A DNA stretch of 38,616 bases from an uncultured Candidatus Saccharibacteria bacterium (lineage in GTDB: Bacteria > Patescibacteriota > Saccharimonadia > Saccharimonadales > UBA7683), in NCBI GenBank assembly GCA_964643895.1, contig CAZXUE010000006.1:5989-44604 (forward strand), read 5' to 3'. The position numbers were made by a program, and so were the translations under genes. The notes beneath the pieces were generated by a model, which saw only the letters and a program-made list of their open reading frames with translations, was not told the DNA's origin and ran no database searches. Positions 33,098-38,616 of the stretch are shown piece by piece. Position 1 is the first letter of the stretch. Every line of letters starts with the position of its first letter.

Positions 33098-35122
33098 GGA
33101 TATGCAGGTTTCTGGCTTAAGCTTAACTAATCCTAGAATAGACGAGAGTAAAAGCAGTGTAATGAAGCCAGCAAGAAGAGGAGTGTTGGTGCCAGTGCTA
33201 GCCAGCGAAGATGAATTACCAGCAGCATTCGTGTTACTCGTGTTCTGATCTTCTTCAAGTGCTGCCCCAGAGGGATCAACAATCACCCCATTAGGCGCGC
33301 CGTCATCGTCATACTCGCCGCCATCAGTAATCTCATACTGCACCAAGAAAACAACGTCGTCATCGATTAGCGCACCTAGATTTTGCGCGCCATCGATATT
33401 GGTGTATGAACCATTGGGTAGCCATTTGCGTACTTTGTAGGAATCGCTTCCTTCTACGCCATAATAGTACTGCCTAATTCTAGCCGTATCGCCACTACCG
33501 GAACAGCTTATATGAAAGCTCGCCAACCCAAACGGGTAGTTGTAGCCAGCATCAGGGTGTTCACTTGATTCACTGCCCACCTGGAAGCCAGCGATACTCT
33601 CACAGTCTGTCTCAAATACGGCATAATTACCGGTTACAGAATTTATGTAGCTGATTACGTTTGCCTGTTCGGCATCAGCAGTGCCGTCATCATTTGCATC
33701 TCCGCCATTTGGACCCGCCTGCTCAACTGAGTCTAAGCTTCCATCGGCGTCGGTGTCTATAATGGCTGCATTCACTGTAACATTGGTTGCGCTAACGGAT
33801 GCAGCAGGATCTCCGCTAGCATTTTGATACGAGAGCACTACAGTATACACACCGTTGGGTAATGTATTTTGAGAGGCTGATAAAAGCGGTGCGCCCGTGG
33901 CCAAAACGTCCGTTGGATTAATAAAATACTCATATGGACCAGTTGCGGGGCTTCCGATATTTAGATCAATGGTTATCATATCACTGCCAATAAAGGTAAG
34001 CCGCACACTACCGGAAAGCGGATTCTCTCCGAGCATAAAATCGACTGGAATTAAACCATAGGTAGTATTGCTAACAGGAGCATCCATAGTCGGAGCAATA
34101 GTAGTGCCTGGTTCTGCACTAGCGGCTATAACAATAGTAAAGGTATCCGTGACTGTGCCGCCGTTGCCGTCATCGGCAATTACGTCGATTGATAAAGTGC
34201 CCGCATCGCCGTTAGTTGGTGTGCCGCTAAATGTGCGCGTAACGGCATCGAATGATAGCCACGAAGGTAAAGCACCGCCGCCGGCAAGTTGGGCTGAGTA
34301 CGTTAGTGTTGTTCCGAAGTCAACATCGTCAAACGTATTGGCCGCGAATTGAAAATTAAATGCGGCATCTTCGGTGGCACTTTGGTTAGGAATGGGGTTG
34401 GCAGTAATGGGTGCGTCGTTAGCATTGGCAACCACAATATCAAACGTATCAGTAACAGTTCCGCCGCTACCATCGTCAGCGATCACTTCAACTGAGATAG
34501 TACCCACATCCTCATTGCTTGGCGTACCGCTGAACGTACGTGTTACGGGATCAAACGATAGCCACGTTGGCAAAGCTTCACCTCCAGCCAATTGTACCGA
34601 ATACGTCAGCGTATCACCTGGATCTAGATCATTAAACGTATTAATCGCGAACTGGAAGCTAAAAGCGGTGTCTTCAGTGGCGTTTTGGTTGGGAATGGGG
34701 TTGGTTATAGTAGGCTGAATCGAGCCTTCGTGATCCACGCTATAGATCTCTATGTCGAAAAAATCAGACACAGATGAACCACCGTCACTAGCGATCACTT
34801 CAACTGTTATATTACCTACATCGCCGTTACTCGGAGTACCGCTGAAAGTGCGCGTGGCGGGATCGAACGACAACCATGCCGGAAGAGGGGTGCCCCCCGG
34901 CATTTGAGCTGCGTAGGTAAGTGAATCGCTCAGGTCTGGGTCATTAAACGTATTGGCAGCAAATGAGAAGTTAAAGACGGCATTTTCGATTGCATTTTGG
35001 TTGGGAATTGGATTGACTACAGTAGGTTGTGCGGCCCATGCCGGTACGAAATGTCCTAAAATGACCCCTGTCATAATAAGAAGCAACACCCCAAGTAAGA
35101 ACTTCAATTTCAATTGACCCAC
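33077..35122 (-). CDS. cell-surface adhesin with three cadherin-like (dystroglycan-type / putative Ig) repeats and an LAXTG sorting signal
   Basis: Signal peptide ending AWA-AQ. Three repeats of about 101-104 aa (NPIPNQ...F.F.F..NTF.D.D...LTY.AQ..GG..LP.WLSFD...RTFSGTP...D.G). C-terminal LASTG (33191-33205), a hydrophobic stretch and KLK. GTG start. Confidence 0.8.
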   Translation of the reverse strand: MGQLKLKFLLGVLLLIMTGVILGHFVPAWAAQPTVVNPIPNQNAIENAVFNFSFAANTFNDPDLSDSLTYAAQMPGGTPLPAWLSFDPATRTFSGTPSNGDVGNITVEVIASDGGSSVSDFFDIEIYSVDHEGSIQPTITNPIPNQNATEDTAFSFQFAINTFNDLDPGDTLTYSVQLAGGEALPTWLSFDPVTRTFSGTPSNEDVGTISVEVIADDGSGGTVTDTFDIVVANANDAPITANPIPNQSATEDAAFNFQFAANTFDDVDFGTTLTYSAQLAGGGALPSWLSFDAVTRTFSGTPTNGDAGTLSIDVIADDGNGGTVTDTFTIVIAASAEPGTTIAPTMDAPVSNTTYGLIPVDFMLGENPLSGSVRLTFIGSDMITIDLNIGSPATGPYEYFINPTDVLATGAPLLSASQNTLPNGVYTVVLSYQNASGDPAASVSATNVTVNAAIIDTDADGSLDSVEQAGPNGGDANDDGTADAEQANVISYINSVTGNYAVFETDCESIAGFQVGSESSEHPDAGYNYPFGLASFHISCSGSGDTARIRQYYYGVEGSDSYKVRKWLPNGSYTNIDGAQNLGALIDDDVVFLVQYEITDGGEYDDDGAPNGVIVDPSGAALEEDQNTSNTNAAGNSSSLASTGTNTPLLAGFITLLLLSSILGLVKLKPETCISEPKQDS
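34121..35029 (-). repeat. three tandem coding repeats (about 303-312 nt each) inside the adhesin gene
   Basis: The NPIPNQ anchor recurs at aa 37, 141 and 242. The long spurious antisense ORFs at 34068..34352 and 34374..34718 reflect the same periodicity. Confidence 0.8.
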
Positions 35123-35238
35123 TTACGCTCCTCGACCTATTAATGCTTATGGCAAGCATACCACTAAGTACTCCTGGGTGTCGACATTGTTCTTTAAGTC
35201 ATATAGCAAAAGCCCCATAGCGTGAGTGGTTACTAGGC

Positions 35239-35265
35239 TTTGGTTCAACTATCTAGTATTGGCTC
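35239..35265. repeat. 27-nt direct repeat, copy B (upstream of the adhesin gene; reads ...EPILDS-stop on the minus strand)
   Basis: TTTGGTTCAACTATCTaGTaTTGGCTC. Weak similarity continues beyond it (CAGGT..C.GG with a 1-nt offset), which fits a decayed 3' end of a paralogous gene. Confidence 0.8.
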
Positions 35266-35370
35266 CCCCTCCAGGTCACGGACCCCATAACAGGGGTAGA
35301 ATGGTACAAATGGGACACGGCAGGCGTAGTATCAAAAGTGTCTCACATTGGTAGACATAAGGAGGTATTA

Positions 35371-35856
35371 ATGCCAAAAGCACCTAAGAAAACCGAACAA
35401 AAGCCGCACGAATTCACCGAAGAGGAGCTGCGCAGGCTGGTTGGATTTTTTGATGTCCTAATTGAAATGGACATGAAGCAGAAAAAGCTATACAAACGAC
35501 TCGATACCGAGCCAAAGGGTTTTGCCATGCCCGGCGAAGGCCGCGACTGTTCATTATGCGAACGTGGTGTATACGACGGTGATGGCTGGTTTGATAAATG
35601 GGGATTTAAATGCTCTAACTGCCAAGATGCGGTCAACAAGCGGAAGATCGCTGCTTCGCTCTGCCGAGACCACAAGCACGAGAAGGCAATACCCGACACT
35701 ACCCTGGCTATGAAGCTAGACGTTAAAGTGCATACCTTGCGTAAGTATATTCGCGAGGGTAAGATCATTGGTCGTCGCATACCGAATGGGCCAAATATGA
35801 TTTTGCGGAAGGATAATCCGAATTTGGGTGATGTTTTGGCGCAGCTTGCAAAATAA
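35371..35856 (+). CDS. hypothetical DNA-binding protein (CxxC...CxxC zinc ribbon plus C-terminal HTH, excisionase/MerR-like)
   Basis: A strong AAGGAGG lies 5 nt before ATG 35371. Motifs CSLCERG...CSNCQD, then LAMKLDVKVHTLRKYIREGKIIGRRIP. Confidence 0.65.
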   Translation: MPKAPKKTEQKPHEFTEEELRRLVGFFDVLIEMDMKQKKLYKRLDTEPKGFAMPGEGRDCSLCERGVYDGDGWFDKWGFKCSNCQDAVNKRKIAASLCRDHKHEKAIPDTTLAMKLDVKVHTLRKYIREGKIIGRRIPNGPNMILRKDNPNLGDVLAQLAK

Positions 35857-35879
35857 CTGATTTGATATAATTAGATTAT

Positions 35880-36380
35880 ATGGGCGAAATAATTAATGCC
35901 GTGTCAGATTTTGTGAAAGATTATGGAGGTTTGGGCTGGGTAATTGCCGCCGCAGCCCTAGCCTTCACCGTATTTCAGTTTTTATACAAGCGTAGGACTG
36001 GCGGAGTGAAACTTGACGTAACCTTTTCAAATGGCGTCCTGACGTACCCAAACGGTGAGCTGAGCGATCCGATGATATTCCTAAAAATCGCTAATACCGG
36101 TGGCAAAAAAGTTGTACTATGTAGCGTTTCGTTAAATATAAAAAGTAAACCCGCCAGCAGTGTTATTAATGGATATGGCCATCTGCAGCAGATGCCATAC
36201 GTTTTAGAGCCAGGCTACGACTATCAGGTTTGGTATGAACTTCTTCCTATAGCTAAGAATTTAAAGAAGAATGGACAATCGGGCAAGATTGCTATTCATG
36301 GTGAGTATTCCACGCAGGCAAATGGAAGATTTAAAGCCAAAAAGCCTTATAGGCTTGACGTTGATGGATGGACTAAATAG
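35880..36380 (+). CDS. hypothetical membrane-anchored protein
   Basis: 166-aa ORF with an N-terminal TM segment (GLGWVIAAAALAFTVFQFL) and a beta-rich C-terminal domain. Its 3' end overlaps the convergent gene by 8 nt. Confidence 0.55.
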   Translation: MGEIINAVSDFVKDYGGLGWVIAAAALAFTVFQFLYKRRTGGVKLDVTFSNGVLTYPNGELSDPMIFLKIANTGGKKVVLCSVSLNIKSKPASSVINGYGHLQQMPYVLEPGYDYQVWYELLPIAKNLKKNGQSGKIAIHGEYSTQANGRFKAKKPYRLDVDGWTK

Positions 36381-37587
36381 TAGACTTCAGCTTCACCAGA
36401 ATTTTACTCATTATTTCCGAGAAATGTTCATAATCAAAATCAACACTCATTAACGGGAGCCAAATTGTCCCACCGTTTTTGCCAGGGACGTGCATGATAT
36501 TTCGAGCAATAACTTTATAGTTATTTTTTATACGTGCCATTTCAAAGGCCATTGCCCTGTGTGCATCGTACATTTCCTGAGGTACTAGACGCGCTAACTG
36601 TGTCCAATCCATTTGTTTATCGACTATGGCATTTATTTCGATATCAGTGAGTGGCGTCTTTATCTCTTCAACCAAAGGCGTTTGCCGCATATCCCCTTCA
36701 TGCGCGATGAAATTACGGCGCTTTTTTAGAAATGCCATCCAGTGATTAATTTTCTTCACGGAAAGTTTTCTTGCAAGACCTGTACGTTTTTCCTTATTCC
36801 TTTTAATGAAGGTCGCTTTCTCTAGCCCTAGATCGCTATATTTATCACGAGGTATCTTCAATTTAAGAAAGTCGTTCAAAAGCCTCGCCATAGAGTCTAA
36901 GGCGCCAGCAAGCAAAAAATAATAGTTACTAATGTGATAGTTCAGCTCCAAGTTGTAAGTGTCGTCATCGCCGATGCCAGATCGCTCGGCTTTGCGAAGT
37001 CTTTTTACGTAATATTGTAGTAAATCCCTAGCATAATCAATCTGCTTAATCTTGTTTACTATGTATCGAATACGGTCAATCTGTTCACTGGTATACTTTG
37101 AGCTTCTTTGGCACTCCACCATGTAATTATAATAATCTTGACAGAGACCTGGCTGCTCCATGTAGCGTAATAGCGGCTGCATATTCCAGACAGGTTCACG
37201 TAATCTCCACGCGACACCGCTGCCTACTAAGAAATTTTCGATCGAATAAACAAGCTCTTCAATTGTTTGTACAATCTCAACCTTATAGAAGTTTTTGTTT
37301 GTGAATTTATCTGAATATGACCCGTCGAGATCTAATATTACATCAAGATCGTCTGAACCAATCTTTGCTAATAGGTTTTCCTCGCTTAGCGGACTATTAA
37401 ATTGCACCGATACTTTGAGGTTTGATCTTCCAATGTCAGATAGATATGTGTGTAAAATATCAATTTGCCCAAGAAGTTCAGCCAGGTCTGGGTTTGAGGC
37501 ATCTCCCAAAATTAAGACCTTCAAAGTATTAAACTGATGCAATATCGGTCTAAGCTCAGGGTAGATTACTCCATTTACCATCGGCAT
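36373..37587 (-). CDS. hypothetical protein with C-terminal HEPN-like Rx4H motif and N-terminal alpha/beta (Rossmann/TIR-like) module
   Basis: KKRRNFIAHEG (RNFIAH encoded at 36700-36717) is preceded by the helix NYHISNYYFLLAGALDSMARLL. The N-terminus has beta-alpha-beta strands (KVLILGD, KVSVQF, DVILDLDG). ATG 37587 lies 4 nt after the upstream TAG; the ORF track uses TTG 37599. The gene is AT-rich. Confidence 0.6.
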   Translation of the reverse strand: MPMVNGVIYPELRPILHQFNTLKVLILGDASNPDLAELLGQIDILHTYLSDIGRSNLKVSVQFNSPLSEENLLAKIGSDDLDVILDLDGSYSDKFTNKNFYKVEIVQTIEELVYSIENFLVGSGVAWRLREPVWNMQPLLRYMEQPGLCQDYYNYMVECQRSSKYTSEQIDRIRYIVNKIKQIDYARDLLQYYVKRLRKAERSGIGDDDTYNLELNYHISNYYFLLAGALDSMARLLNDFLKLKIPRDKYSDLGLEKATFIKRNKEKRTGLARKLSVKKINHWMAFLKKRRNFIAHEGDMRQTPLVEEIKTPLTDIEINAIVDKQMDWTQLARLVPQEMYDAHRAMAFEMARIKNNYKVIARNIMHVPGKNGGTIWLPLMSVDFDYEHFSEIMSKILVKLKSTI

Positions 37588-37591
37588 TGCG

Positions 37592-38616
37592 CTAAACAAC
37601 TTTCCCGGATGCTTCCTTTAGTTCCCTAAATATCTCAACCATTGCCCAAGTATCCATCTTGCAGTATTCAGTTAGGTCTGCGAGTATCTGATCCTTCTGG
37701 TCGGCTCGTGTTTCATCAAGCACCGCCTCCATCCAAAGTCGCTGGGCTGAGTTGCCGTCTTGAATACCAAGGTCTTTGTAGCTTAGCTCAGGGCACACTA
37801 CAGGCAGTACCTTTTTGATACTCGCGCTTCCCTCGCAGCGCGGATCGTCATACCATTTAGCCTTAAATGGGATCATGAGGTCGACGACACGCTCGTTAAT
37901 GGCCTTAATCTGCTCAGTATATTCCGGATACATCCGCCCCAGCTCTTCGTTTACCGATTTTTCAAAGCGCATATTCCAGGTAATAATTGAGCCGGAATCA
38001 CCCATGTCTGCTACTAGCTGCTTGGCTAAGTCTGGCGCTGGATTAGTGTTATCTTTGTGAAGATACTCTCTATGTTCTACTTCACCACCCGGTTCACGGA
38101 TGATATGCAGAGAATATTGAAACGGTACTTGCTGGTACGGTCGCTGGCCGTTGAAATATGGCACAAGGCCCTGCATCGTTTCATAGTCAAAAAAGTAGAG
38201 TGGATATTGTAGTTCACCCAAAAATCGTTCGATCTCTTGCTTGTTGATTTCGGCACGAGTATCTTCAGGCCAGATTTTAGGCTCGGGCGGAAATATATTT
38301 TCGTAAACCTTCATCCATTCAGATTTTGAACCAAGCTTAGCCAGTTCCGGATTTGGATCAGGCATTTCTGCTTGCGCGGCAGCTTTCTTTGCTGTTTCCA
38401 TGTATTCTGGAGTCTTTAAAGCAACTTCATTTACCTCATCGGTCACATCAGCAAACGTTGTTAGTTCTTTTGGGTTGACTTCACCCACCCGTACAGACTG
38501 ATTATTTACATGAATCACTGATATGTTTCGGACTGTAAAGCCATTTCCCTCAAGCACGGTCTTTTGGAACGCAAGATCGTATAGGTGATCGGGCTTAACG
38601 CGTGTGCTGGATTTAA
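37592..38616 (-). CDS. DUF2779-type protein: DEDD (DnaQ-like) exonuclease module plus the end of a PD-(D/E)xK nuclease module (5' end outside the window)
   Basis: The frame stays open upstream of the track start to the window edge (KSSTRVKPDHLYDLAFQKTVLEG...). YFFDYETM (DxE), PFQYSLH, ITWNMRFEKSV and YCKMDTWAMVEIF resemble Exo I-III motifs and the DUF2779 signature as I recall it. Confidence 0.65.
   Translation of the reverse strand, partial: KSSTRVKPDHLYDLAFQKTVLEGNGFTVRNISVIHVNNQSVRVGEVNPKELTTFADVTDEVNEVALKTPEYMETAKKAAAQAEMPDPNPELAKLGSKSEWMKVYENIFPPEPKIWPEDTRAEINKQEIERFLGELQYPLYFFDYETMQGLVPYFNGQRPYQQVPFQYSLHIIREPGGEVEHREYLHKDNTNPAPDLAKQLVADMGDSGSIITWNMRFEKSVNEELGRMYPEYTEQIKAINERVVDLMIPFKAKWYDDPRCEGSASIKKVLPVVCPELSYKDLGIQDGNSAQRLWMEAVLDETRADQKDQILADLTEYCKMDTWAMVEIFRELKEASGKVV

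Noticed and set aside
1-38616. I searched by eye for tRNA T-loops (GGTTCGAATCC-like), CRISPR-type regularly spaced repeats, IS inverted repeats, integrase or transposase genes, and reverse transcriptase or DGR components near the surface-protein genes.
   Set aside because: None was found. The only GGTTC-type strings (33074 and 35242, inside the 27-nt repeats, and 32969) lack acceptor and anticodon arm complementarity. No RT or template-repeat copy of the adhesin or tail-collar C-termini is present in the window.

Overview
Gene-dense (about 90% coding) bacterial chromosomal segment of roughly 48-50% GC by eye, with two visibly AT-rich patches. Most genes lie on the minus strand in tightly coupled operons with 1-11 nt start/stop overlaps. 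The content suggests a reduced-genome Patescibacteria/CPR organism, possibly Saccharibacteria-like; this is inference only. Supporting signs are an archaeal-type AspRS, an L,D-transpeptidase, many small membrane-anchored hypothetical proteins and large surface adhesins. I found no rRNA, tRNA, CRISPR array, transposase or integrase. Housekeeping genes: ABC exporter, murC, trmB, mazG-like, mscS, MutY-like glycosylase, aspS, DsbA-like, Kef-type antiporter, nadD. Most notable observations: (1) a compact cobalamin-riboswitch-like leader with a clear terminator/antiterminator switch, in front of an unrecognisable 509-aa zinc-ribbon protein coupled to nadD; (2) an AT-rich terminal island with a DUF2779-type nuclease/exonuclease gene coupled to a gene with an Rx4H HEPN-like motif, a candidate undescribed defence cassette; (3) a perfect TGTGA-N6-TCACA box between a Crp/Fnr regulator and a tail-collar surface-protein operon; (4) a D-amino-acid-oxidase-like gene plus two D-2-hydroxyacid dehydrogenases with a divergent TrmB-family regulator; (5) 27-nt direct repeats bracketing a cadherin-repeat LAXTG adhesin gene; (6) an orphan plus-strand promoter and terminator pair suggesting a roughly 140-nt sRNA. 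All family calls come from motif recognition by eye; no searches were run.
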